A stretch of DNA of 62,810 bases, filler included, from Collodictyon triciliatum (lineage: Eukaryota), in the NCBI GenBank assembly GCA_043381765.1. It is 14 parts of 14 records of this genome, joined end to end, with 100 filler letters (N's around TTAATTAATTAA, not from the genome) between each part and the next. Parts side by side here need not be neighbours in the genome. Positions count along the whole stretch, not along the records: positions 9,627 to 14,339 come from JBHJMP010005828.1; positions 14,440 to 19,151 come from JBHJMP010005829.1; positions 19,252 to 23,044 come from JBHJMP010005831.1; positions 23,145 to 27,855 come from JBHJMP010005832.1; 10 more parts are not named here. One strand, 5' to 3'. The position numbers were made by a program, and so were the translations under genes. Positions 12,601 through 23,565 of this stretch are shown here, in pieces (within the stretch, counting starts at the first letter, position 1; each line of letters opens with the position of its first letter). Below the pieces are notes generated by a model. The model was not told the DNA's origin and did no database searches. It was given only the letters and a program-made list of their open reading frames with translations.

Positions 12601-14339
12601 AACATCCAACGGCCCACACCATCACTGGGCTATTATCTTACACCAGCGATGACCCGAGCTCAATAGCTATCGACACCGCAGGAACTGCAACCATACAAGC
12701 AAACTCGCTCAGTATTGTAAAGCTTACATCGTCCACATGCCATGGAGTCGTAGGAACGTCAAGTACCTATGCCAATCTGAGCCCGGATGTCGGCGATGTC
12801 GATATTGGAAGCACAAGCGGCCGTGCATTGAGCAACATTGCAGTCGGGTCCAGCCTGACAGTTCCTATCCGTGTCAACACGGGAACAAAACCACTTGGAA
12901 GTCTCGATACTAGTCTTGTATATGACGCAGACATATTCGATGTTACTTCATACTCTACTGGCAGCGGCTGGCCAGGCGGACAGTTAGAGATTACCTTGAA
13001 TGACCCACCAGGGGTCATTCGCATTGTAGGCGCGACAAGTCCAACCAGCAGCTCAAAGGGCACACTAGAGGTTGCCAGGCTAGTCATCAGAAGCAAACAG
13101 AATGGACTATCACATTTTACTGGCTTCATCACCAAGATGCTAGCTAACGATGCAACGTCTTCACCAATCGGAAGCGCACTTGGGCAAGGTCAGACAAGGG
13201 CAATAGTAGCTGGTAACACCCCAGTAAAGAGCGGAACGGGGATCAATTCGAGAGCTTCTGTGAGTAATGGAATGAATTTGGATGTGAGACATAAAAATAC
13301 TGCAGCCATACTACAAGCTGGTAGAACATCACAGACATGCAATCCAGCTGCTGTTCTCGGAAATACAGACGGAGACTGCGAGTTCTCAGTCGGCGATGTC
13401 CAGTTTACATTAAGATATCTAGCCGGACTAGTCACCACATCATTACAGCCCTACCAACTTCAGTACTTGGATGCGGACAGAAATGGAAAGATTCAAGTAC
13501 AAGACGCGATATTCTTGATTCGAGTGCTGGCGAACAAATGGCGATTCTTCAATGTCCGCACCATATCACCTACAATAACCAGTTCCTATCTTCGGGTTTC
13601 CGTTGACTCGCAGACAGCTGATATGGCGTACTCGTCGGTCAAGACGTCATATGATATAATTTTCTTGACAACATTGAACACAGATATGAGCATTACGTTA
13701 GGGACAAAGAAACAGACGTTGGCCGAAGGGCTAAAGGTATCGGGCAAAGACTTAAACAATGGAACATTCACCGTCATTGGAGATACTATTACAAAGGAAG
13801 TAATTGGAATATCCCTCCATTTAAAAACTTATGACAGTCTTGAACAATCATCGAACGACAGAGATGTAATATTTTACCAAGGAGTGGGAGGAACTTATAT
13901 GAGTTTTACAACACTAGATGCCAGATTTGACGCTACTCAATCCCAATCCCAATCCCAATCTCAATCTCAGTCTCAATCTCAGTCTCAATCCCAATCTCAA
14001 TCCCAGTCTCAATCTCAGTCTCAGTCTCAGTCTCAATCTCAGTCTCAATCTCAGTCTCAATCTCAATCTCAGTCTCAATCCCAATCCCAATCCCAATCCC
14101 AATCTCAGTCTCAGTCTCAATCCCAATCCCAATCTCAGTCTCAATCTCAGTCTCAATCTCAGTCTCAGTCTCAGTCTCAGTCTCAGTCTCAGTCTCAGTC
14201 TCAGTCTCAGTCTCAGTCTCAGTCTCAATCCCAGTCTCAGTCTCAATCCCAATCCCAATCTCAATCCCAGTCCCAGTCCCAGTCTCAGTCTCAGTCTCAG
14301 TCTCAATCTCAGTCTCAATCTCAATCTCAGTCTCAATCT
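9627..14339 (+). CDS. Very large extracellular protein fragment: (SQ)n linker - TMEM132-like cohesin/Ig-like region - cohesin - dockerin - (SQ)n linker; open at both ends
   Basis: The whole scaffold is one stop-free frame (9627 is in frame with 10011). TMEM132-like RVWYPAAPVGISAPDRILNRI..RYQ (~11140). Cohesin-like VGSSLTVPIRVNTG..LVYDADIF (~12840-13230). Dockerin-like paired Ca-binding motifs GNTDGDCEFSVGDV / DADRNGKIQVQDA (~13355-13545). Confidence 0.8.
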
Positions 14340-14439
14340 NNNNNNNNNNNNNNNNNNNNNNNNNNNNNNNNNNNNNNNNNNNNTTAATTAATTAANNNNN
14401 NNNNNNNNNNNNNNNNNNNNNNNNNNNNNNNNNNNNNNN

Positions 14440-15617
14440 GCGAGGTAATAAATGATGCATGTCCTCAGATGGTGTGCAGGACGGATACAAGGTCTTTTCT
14501 TTTTCCTTTCCTAGTCCAAAGAACCATTTCTCCATCTGCTCAAAGTCTCGCAAGTATCTCGCTTCCCATTTTTCACGGTATTTGTGGATATCTGATGTTA
14601 GCTGCTCGGCAAGTTTATCCTCCAAGCTCGCCAGTTTTTCTTTTTGGGTGCGTTTCCACCCCGATGGTCTACCGGCTGCTTTCATCAGAGCCTCTTTTTC
14701 CCTTTCGAGCTTCTTCCGCTCCTCTCCATCCTTATTTTTAAACCAGCTCGACTTTTGGATAAGAAGAATAGAAAGCTGCTTTTTGAGTATAGGCCATTCC
14801 GCCTCGATGGGCGCATCGCCTGGGGTGTTGAAGTAAGCCCTGAGCTTGTTTTGTATGTCTTCTATCGACTTGGAGTCATTGTATGCCCTCCAGTCTATAT
14901 ACCTCGCCTGCCATTCACAGCCACCGGCTGAATCGATGTTAGCCAGGATAGCACTGTGGTCGGACAGCGCAGAATAGACTGTTTTAAGTTTCTTGAACCA
15001 CGCATGCAAGTCCCTTGAGCAGAGGAAGCGATCGATTCTGCTCCACGTGAAGCCGCTTTTTGTATGTCTTCTACACGTTGCTCCTAGAGAGTGAGGATTG
15101 AGCGTCTTCCAAGGGTCTTGCAGCTTGTGCCTGATTGTCCAGTCGACGAAAGGTTTGTCATTGCGTGTCGAAGACCCAGACCACTCGGTGCTGGCATCAA
15201 GAAGAGCGTTGAAGTCTCCACAGATGATGATACGTTTCGCAGACTCCATCTCCTTAGAGATAAGCTCATACTCGTGTATTCTAGTATTTGAGCCTGCTGT
15301 TTGGAGCGACATGTATGTCGTCATTATACGAGTGTCAGCTCCATCTATTTGGATATCGAGACTTATGCAGCGGCCAGGAATAATCTCTCTGAAGCGAGGA
15401 TTGAGTTTGGCTATCCATTTCTTGCATAAAAACGCTACACCTGCATGTCTCTGTTGATTATCGTCACAGGACCACATTTGTGAACCTTTCCATATTTCAT
15501 CATTGGTTAGATTGTCAGGGCTGAGCCATGTTTCTTAGAGACAGATGATACCTGCGTGAGAGAAAAGAGCAGTGTTTAGGGCCTCTTTTCTTGTTTTGGG
15601 GGTCGTTAATCCTCCCA
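14440..15617 (-). mobile_element. L1/Tx1-like non-LTR retrotransposon ORF2 fragment (APE endonuclease), inactivated
   Basis: Motifs ICL*ETW (stop in place of Gln), GVAFL, ICGDFNA, SRIDRFL, SDHSAI. Confidence 0.9.
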
Positions 15618-15899
15618 ACCTTCCACGGCAGGGCGTTGATCCATGTGGGCGAGTCACTGCCGGCGTTCAATCTGCGGCGACAGTAGTCCCCTCTGCGACT
15701 GGCAGCGGCCGGACCGTCCTCGCCCCTGCCTGCAGCCTCTGTTTGGGAGGTCGCCGCTTCTGGTGGTGGATGGGGGCAGCATGCATTTTGGGGACGGGAG
15801 AGCCTGTTTATTCGCAGCGAGGCCGAAGACGAGGGGTGATATCACAAGCAGGGGCGGAGCCGAGCAGAGAGAGGCAAGGCAAGGCAAGAAACAGAAGGA

Positions 15900-15951
<52 letters not shown>

Positions 15952-16040
15952 AAAAACAAGACAAGACAAGACAAGAGAAAGGGCCGTGGGCCAGGCGGGG
16001 CAGCGGTATAGAGTCTATGGGGCGGGGAGGCCTGTTCCGT

Positions 16041-17545
16041 TTAGCGCGTCCAAACGGCGTAGTTCTGGCCGGACGTGGCGACCTTGAAGGAGGCATCTGG
16101 CGGGGCCCACGAGCCTGTGCCGATCTTGACGGCAATCTCGTTTGTGCTGCCCGACGGGCCGACATATGCGGCATAGACTCCGGACGTGGCCTCGGCGACA
16201 AAGAGTCTGCTGGACGAGTTGATTCCGCGGGCCTTGCGGATGCTGATCAGGCTGCGGATGGCCGTGTTGACGGACGAGATCTGCCAGTCGGACCAGAAGA
16301 CCTTGGGGATGCCCGGGTGCGTGAGGATGACGGCGTAGCCCATCGTGATCTGTGTGGCCGAGCCGAAGCGGTCGTCGCGCTCGGTGTCGTGATTGTCCTG
16401 GATGGATGTGCCATTAGTCCAACTGAGCTGTCCAGTTCACACACACCGGCACCCGCAAAGGGAAGACACCCGTTCTTTTCTCTTTTCAGACAGACGTTCG
16501 CAATAGGACGAGCAGAGGGGAGGCGGAGGAAAAGATATGCTTAAAGAAAATGTGTATAGTGGGGGAGGCGGGTACTTACAATGAAGGTGACGGCGTAGTC
16601 GGGTCGCTGGCTCATGACACCGGCAAACTTGAGGGAGCCGAAGTTGTTTGAGCGGATGGTGTCGCGGAGCACGTAGCGGAGGGGGAAGTCAAAGGCAGGC
16701 GAGCCGGAGCCGGAGATCCAGTTGAGGACAACGTTGAGGTTGCCGTCGAAGGCTTCGCCGACCGAGAAGGACGGGGCCGAGGCGGAGTTGTACTCGCCAA
16801 AGTAGCCGGCCGAGAAGCCCTTGGCCACGTCCCAGCGCCAGCCGCTGTAGCCCGCCTGCTTGAGGAACGACAGGTACGCCTTGACGTTGTCGCGCACGCG
16901 GGTGTCCACGTGGTTGAGGTCGGGTGCGTAGCAGATGTTGTCGCCGGTGTCGTACGTGTTGCAGCCGCAGCCGTCCTTGCAGAAGACGCCGCCCTCGCAC
17001 TTGCCGTCGTTGCGGACCACAGCCCAGTTGCCCATGTCGGGATTGCGGAAGACGGTGTAGTCGCCCGTGCACGAATCGATCGTCGGTGCCGTGCGGTGGT
17101 TCACAACGACATCGGCCACGGCGACGATTCCGTTCGAGCGCAGCGCCGAGATCGCCGAGCGCTGGTTGGCATCGCCCTCAAGAACGTACCATTGCTGCGG
17201 CAGGTAGCCCTCCTTGTCCACACTCTGGGACGGCGGCGGCAGCCATGCGTGCGTGAAGCCGGCTCCCTTGATGGTCGCTGCCTGGCTGGCAATCGTCGCA
17301 AACTGCGCATTGCGGTTTGAGATCGAGACCCAGTTGAAGGCCTGGAACAGGATGGCGCTCGAGGCGAAGAGCCCGGTGTCCAGGAAGGCGGTCGCGTTGG
17401 GCGATTGGTAGGCGCTCCAATCCTGATCCACCTCGGGGGCGCAGTCCGGCTGCAGCGGCAGACTCAGGCTGGGCTGGGCGAAGAAGCCCGCGACAAGCAG
17501 GGCGGACAGAAGCGTCGCTGCGTACAAGGCTGTTGGGCGGGTCAT
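16041..17545 (-). CDS. Secreted plant-type alpha-amylase (GH13, AMY1-like), 2 exons (17545-16580, 16397-16041), ~440 aa
   Basis: Signal peptide; ILFQAFNW, WLPPPSQSV..EGYLP, DVVVNHR, GWRWDVAKG (nucleophile), FSVGE, AVTFI|DNHDT, GYAVILTHPGIP, C-terminal beta domain ..NYAVWTR. The GTAAGT..CAG intron restores the frame. Confidence 0.93.
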
Positions 17546-18709
17546 GCTGCTGGCTCTCGCTGGGAAGCAAATGGGTGGGTGAGTGGGCTGGATTAAATAC
17601 CTGCGGTGTAGGGGAAGAGTCTTGGCCCGGCGAGATAAGTCGCCAGAGGGAATAGTCTTTGGTGTTACGAGTGTGTGTTGAGATGGGGTTATCCTCCTCC
17701 GTCATGCCGCCCTCCCGTGGCTTACACGTGGGTCTCCCTTCTGCCTTGACCGTTCTCTCGACATACCCCTCAGGCCATGGGGAGTAAGAGAAAAAAATTA
17801 TTCTGTCTCCAGCAAATGCCCAACTAAATACCCAGTGGAATTCCGTGCGCACAACTTGGATGTATATAGAGGTGCGCTTAGTGTTATATGCCCCGTCCCA
17901 CATTCCTGGGCTATATATATAGTTGCACCGCACGAATAGTTTACGTTTATATACCCATCTCTTTTGGATTCAGTGAAACGCGTTTTGGTAAGCTTGAGTG
18001 GGGCTCTTAACGCGTTCTTGGTGTTGGGATTTGACAAGCCCTCTTTTTTTTCTTGTGCTGGAAATGACTTAAGCTTTTGGGCTTTGCCGTTCGCGCCAGA
18101 ATACGAACACAGACCGTCGTGGGCATCTATATAAGCGAAACAGCGACACCGGTTCTTGTTTTAGGCCTGTTCCGAGGGCAGAAGAACACTTGTGCGCGTG
18201 TGGGCTGTGCCCTGCTGCAAAAGTATGTATCTATGTATAAAACATTAACAAGCATATATTTTTTCCCCTTTATTCTAGTCTTAAACATTCAGCTAACTTC
18301 GATAAATGACACAAAATATGTTGAAATATTATTTATTCCGCAAATAGACACTTGGCACCACGCGGTCATACTTCCCCGCCCGGCCAAACAGTTCGTCCTT
18401 GCAAGTCAGTCCCTAGATACATGGGTGGTGAAAGCAGGTTCATCTCTCACGGCTTGAGAGGGCAGATATCATGAGACAGTTCCAAAATCCCTCTTGTTTC
18501 TTTGATTTCGAATGGTACAGCCGGTAAAGATACGTGGATTCCAAGTCCCTAACACGACGCCATCTGCCACATGTACTTCTCCTTGTTTCGTTCGTTAACA
18601 CACCAACTTAGGGAGGTAATTCAGTGTACGGATGGATTTGGGTTTTATTTTTCATGATAAGCCTGTACCAGACGCACGTGATGGATAGGTGTCGCAAGCA
18701 CAGTGAGAT

Positions 18710-19018
18710 TTACAGGCTGGCGAATGCAGCCTTGTTCTCAGTCAGCCATTGCTCGAATGTCTGGGCATCCGGGACGTACTTTCGTGTTGTTTGTACGTCA
18801 CGAGTGGCGTGTTGGGGGAAGTCGCGGTAGTACTCAAACATGTTTGCGAGGTCGTCCGCACCAGGGAAGCCAAAGGCTGCAAACGCCTCGCTCGGAAGTG
18901 CGTGGTAGTGCACAGTCTTCCCAAGAACCTTTGTGAAGATGGCAGCGTACTCAGACAGGGGAATCACGTCACCAGCTGCCCAGACCTTCTGACCGATAGA
19001 GTCCGGGGTTTCCAGAAT
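18710..19018 (-). CDS. NmrA-like family (NMRAL1/HSCARG-like) protein, terminal exon
   Basis: After an AG acceptor: ..AAGDVIPLSEYAAIFTKVLGKTVHY..FGFPGADDLANMFEYY..TFEQWLTENK. Confidence 0.8.
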   Translation of the reverse strand: MLETPDSIGQKVWAAGDVIPLSEYAAIFTKVLGKTVHYHALPSEAFAAFGFPGADDLANMFEYYRDFPQHATRDVQTTRKYVPDAQTFEQWLTENKAAFASL

Positions 19019-19279
19019 CTATAATCATGGTGGTTATATAGTTTCTGAGGGTAAACTTCCATACTGCGAATAATGTAGCGGAATAGGGGCGTTTCATGAG
19101 TGATGGAGGTTAACTCAAAAGTTCTTTGAATGAATAAAGGGGGGGGGGGGGNNNNNNNNNNNNNNNNNNNNNNNNNNNNNNNNNNNNNNNNNNNNTTAAT
19201 TAATTAANNNNNNNNNNNNNNNNNNNNNNNNNNNNNNNNNNNNNNNNNNNNAAAAAATTAAAAAAACCCAAATATTGAA

Positions 19280-19345
<66 letters not shown>

Positions 19346-19861
19346 AGCCACGCTTCACTCTGTAGCCTTTCGCTCTGAGCAAGGATATTGTGGTAAATGC
19401 TGTTGCTAAGTTTGGCTAACACCGCTTTAGCTCGTCTATGATAAGCTACTCGCGCTAAGACATTCTAACATCAGAATATTCTGCTCATGGCGACGACTTT
19501 AGTAATTTGAATTGCAGTATTGATGTGATTGGTGGGTTGTGTGGCAAAGTGAGGATGCTGTCATATAAATAATTAATGAGTTTTGCGGGTTGGGTTTCCA
19601 TTAAGCTAATCACGCTGAAGTTGCAATCCTCTATACGAAGGTAGGAGTGTATATACCCTGCAGCCTATTCACCTCGCATCGACTGGTCCGCGTCCTAACC
19701 CTGGCGTCTTCACAAAGAGAGATTGCCACGTTAGGACTTGAGGGCAGTGGAGCGTCAGGGTACAAGGTTGATTCATTATAGACGGTCACAATGTTTTTTT
19801 TCTTCATTTCGAGTGATTAACCAAGCAACAACCCTGCCATTCAAGAGAGCATCCAATTTTC

Positions 19862-22158
19862 ATGGCTTCTTCGTCCACCCAACAAAGCGTCGTTGTTGTT
19901 ACTGGCGCCACAGGCTACATCGGTTCGTCCTGCCTCGCCCACCATTCCCTTCCTTCCCCTCTTTCTCCTCATTAAAAAAAAAATACACGTATCCTTGTAG
20001 CTTCTCACATAGTGAAGCAGCTCCTCCAGCAAGGCCATAAAGTACGTGGAACTGTTCGCAACCCAAGCAATTCCGAAAGTGTGAAGCATCTCGTCGAGTT
20101 GCAGGGTGCTGCCGAAAACCTCACCCTCCATGCCGCCGATCTGCTGGACGAAGGTTCCTTCGACCAAGTGATGAAAGGTTTATATCTGGTTCTCTGAAAT
20201 CCGGAAACTTTAGACAATCAGCCCTGAAAATCCTTGTGTGAAAGAATACTTTCTATGTCAGACCAATTCACAACCATCTCACAAGTTCATGTCTCATACA
20301 ATCACATCTTTGGCTAGCTGTATTTTTCGTTTATATTTCTACAGTGTTTATATCTGCGTTTTCTTACTAAAGAATGTCCTTTCGAGACTACGCATAACTG
20401 TTATTACTCAAAAAAAAAAAAAAAAGGGCACCGCCTAAAGGAATTCAGTGTCTGTCCAACAAACTATTGGTTGCTATACTTAATTTCGAACTCTTCCTTA
20501 AAAAACAGGCGCTGATTATGTCATGCATACTGCCTCTCCATTTGCCCTTGGAAGAGTGTCCAACCCCCAAGCGTTCTACATCGACCCAGCAGTCAAAGGG
20601 ACTAGAAATGTTCTATCGGCAGCTGGAAAAGTGAGAATTGGCTTAAGGATCAATGCCATCTTATTCCTTATCCTTTCTGTCGACAGTTTAATCACTCAAC
20701 ACCAAATACTGCATAAAGTCTTCGTCGGTCAAGAAGGTAGTGCTCACATCTAGTTGCATCGCGGTTTATGGATCCCCCATCGAAAAGTGTGACACTCTCA
20801 TTTTATGATTTTTCTGTAATACGGCTACACCTTCACAGCAGCCATTACTATCTATAAATCAATATAGATGAGCGATCATGCTGAAAGATAGAATAACTAT
20901 GTAACTATACCTTAAACTAGTCCACTCTTGTTTCCCATACCCACATGATATGAAAATAGGGGAGAAGGGCATGTTTTCACTGAAGACGATTGGAACTCAT
21001 ACTCTACGATTGACGCCGATCCTTATGGACTCTCTAAGAGACTTGCTGAGGTTAACTCTTTTCCACCAAATTGAGAATCATACCTCCGTTGCTGGTCCAA
21101 AATTACCTCTAAAACGATTTCAATTTGACAAAGCGTTGCCAAGGTTCACTTTTCATGTCTTGTTTTTTTTTTTTTGTCCTTCATCTTGCCTTCGTAACTC
21201 TATATTCTGTGGGGTTGTCGTATCATCGACATAGGAAGCTGCCTGGGAAACAGCGAAGGCTCAGTCTAGCTATAAGCTGGTTGTTATCAATCCTGGCGTT
21301 GTTCTGGGACCAACTCTTTCCGGAAGAAAAGATTCTGCTAGTGTCACAATTTTATCAGACCTTTTGAATGGTAAGCTCTCTCCTTTAGCTCATTGACCCT
21401 ATTCTTCATATTTCATTTAATAAGGTGGACACCTACACCCTGTTGTTTGATATGCAACGGTTGAAGTACTCATATCTTCGGAATTTTGCCGAAGTTTAAG
21501 AATTTTTAGAATAAGTTGGTACAATTTTCATATTTATTTTTAAATAATGACAATAATAAATTTGATAGGGAAGTACAGCAGCGGGACGGTCGCAATATCC
21601 CTTGGAATCGTTGATGTTCGTGATGTTGCTAAAGCACACATTCTGGCCATGAATAATGATCAGGCAAATGTATATATACATATATACGAAACAATTCTCT
21701 TTCCTGTGCATCCTCGCTACAATTATACGTTACCGACCAAAAAGATAACATCGCAAATTAATGTGCCCTACATTATCAAGTTATGCTCTCTGTTGTCGGT
21801 CTCATTTCAGCTAATTCCAGCAGCTATACAAATGAATAACCCACGAACTCTCACACAGGGTCGCTACATTTGCATCGATAAGGTGTTGTGGATGATCGAC
21901 ATTGCGAACATCCTCCGTGAGAAGTATCCTACCTACCCGCTGCCTGCGTCAGTGAGCCCAAAGTGCCTTCTCTATCTCGTTGGACCCATTATTGCCGGGT
22001 TAAGTTGGAGCTACATCAGCAATGTCATCGGATACCAGCTCCGTTTGGACAACAGCAAGATAAAGAAAGAGCTCGCTATGGATTTCATCGACGTGAAGCA
22101 AAGCATCTACGACATGGCCGAGAACTTGTTGGAGTTGAGTGTTGTCAACCGTCGTTAA
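19862..22158 (+). CDS. NAD(P)-dependent epimerase/dehydratase (DFR/cinnamoyl-CoA reductase-like extended SDR), ~8 exons
   Basis: VVTGATGYIA, VRGTVRNP, VMHTASPF, PAVKGTRNVL, VVLTSS, YGLSKRLAE (YxxxK), INPGVVLGP, VDVRDVAKAH, GRYI, across GT-AG introns. Confidence 0.92.
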
Positions 22159-23144
22159 GTGCACGTCATCTTTTTCTTCCGTCGCCCGTCATTGAACGCC
22201 ACAAGAATATGAAAAGAATAAAATAAATTACAACATAAAGAAAAAGGTGGGGATGGGAAAGAAGAAATATATTCAAGTAGGATGGTATGTCCGGTTAGCA
22301 AAATCATATGGAGGCTACCGCCATCCACTCAAAAAGAAATCTCGGAGATCAATTATCCACGAATCAAATAAAAGAAAAAACCGATGCCGGTCAATAATGG
22401 ACACGATTGATTTAAGGGAGGTGTAGAACCAACTAAACACATCCCCTCTAATGAGAGAGAGGGAGTCCCCGTAACCCTGACTGCTCCTGAAGAAAGTACC
22501 TCCGCAAGAGCTCGACTACCAGTTTTTCAACCAGAAGCAACACATCAAAAAGTATCGAGTCCCTTAGCCAGCAATTGACAGGGATTCGTCTTGTCATCTC
22601 GATTGCAGAGCATAACTTTCTATTAATAGTATTGTGCCCACCCAAGATGCTAATAAGGTCAGCTCGTCCAAAGCTATCTTCGTAAATCCTCATTTTCCTG
22701 ATACACGCAGACGAGCCTAACCAAAGAGGAGCGCAAGATGGTCGGAGGGTACCCCTCCAGAGCCAGTACTCTCCCGAAAAAATATATGAGCCCAGCCCCA
22801 ACCCCTATTACAACTAAAGACACGCCTCCTAACCCCGAGGTATCTACAGGCAAACGAAAACAGGCTAACAAAGAAAAGCCAGCCCAGGTGGACACTACAC
22901 AATCAGTTGCTAGCGAAGAAACGGCGATGCCCGGACATGGACATGCAATCCCCAACACAAAAGCTTCTCCTGCCAAAACCGCCACGGAAAGTAGTAGCGA
23001 GAACTCTAACAAACAAGTCAGGAAGAAAACAAACTATGGCATACNNNNNNNNNNNNNNNNNNNNNNNNNNNNNNNNNNNNNNNNNNNNTTAATTAATTAA
23101 NNNNNNNNNNNNNNNNNNNNNNNNNNNNNNNNNNNNNNNNNNNN

Positions 23145-23565
23145 AAATCACCGCTCTCTAATGCTTAATATCACCAATAGGGAGCTATGGATAGGCACAC
23201 GCGCGGCAAAAGCTGGCAAAGTCTCCCAACAATGCACACTTTGCAGCAACGATGATGAATCCATTGAGCACACATTTGTGCAATGTCCCTTCGCTCAAAA
23301 CCTGCGCGAAACAGCCGGCGAGACTCTTCGATTGACACTCAAGATGACTGCGACTGTTGGCCCAATCCAGGCGATATTTGGGCCTCTGCAAAAACTGCGT
23401 CCAGATGCAAAAACATTCGGGGCAGTGACGCGAGGCCATTTGCTATGGACTATGTGGATAGCGCGCATATACTCACACGAAGCAAGATTCAATAACTAGC
23501 CACCTATCCCTGATAACAGGCTGAATGGCATCATACAAATCTCTTTCCTCAACAGCTTTCTTCGC
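23145..23565 (+). mobile_element. LINE family B fragment (ORF2 C-terminus with zf-RVT)
   Basis: CTLCSNDDESIEHTFVQCPFA zinc knuckle. Closely similar to 43200-43340. Contains an in-frame stop. Confidence 0.85.

Noticed and set aside
15530-15545. Possible TAA/TAG=Gln genetic code (CL*ETW; also stops at 23496 and ~49765 where paralogues have Gln)
   Set aside because: These occur only in decayed LINEs. Host genes terminate at TAA/TAG (e.g. 22158, 46784, 16041) and long ORFs lack internal TAR.
16612-17933. Several alternative-frame ORFs over the amylase
   Set aside because: High-GC shadow ORFs with no independent motifs.
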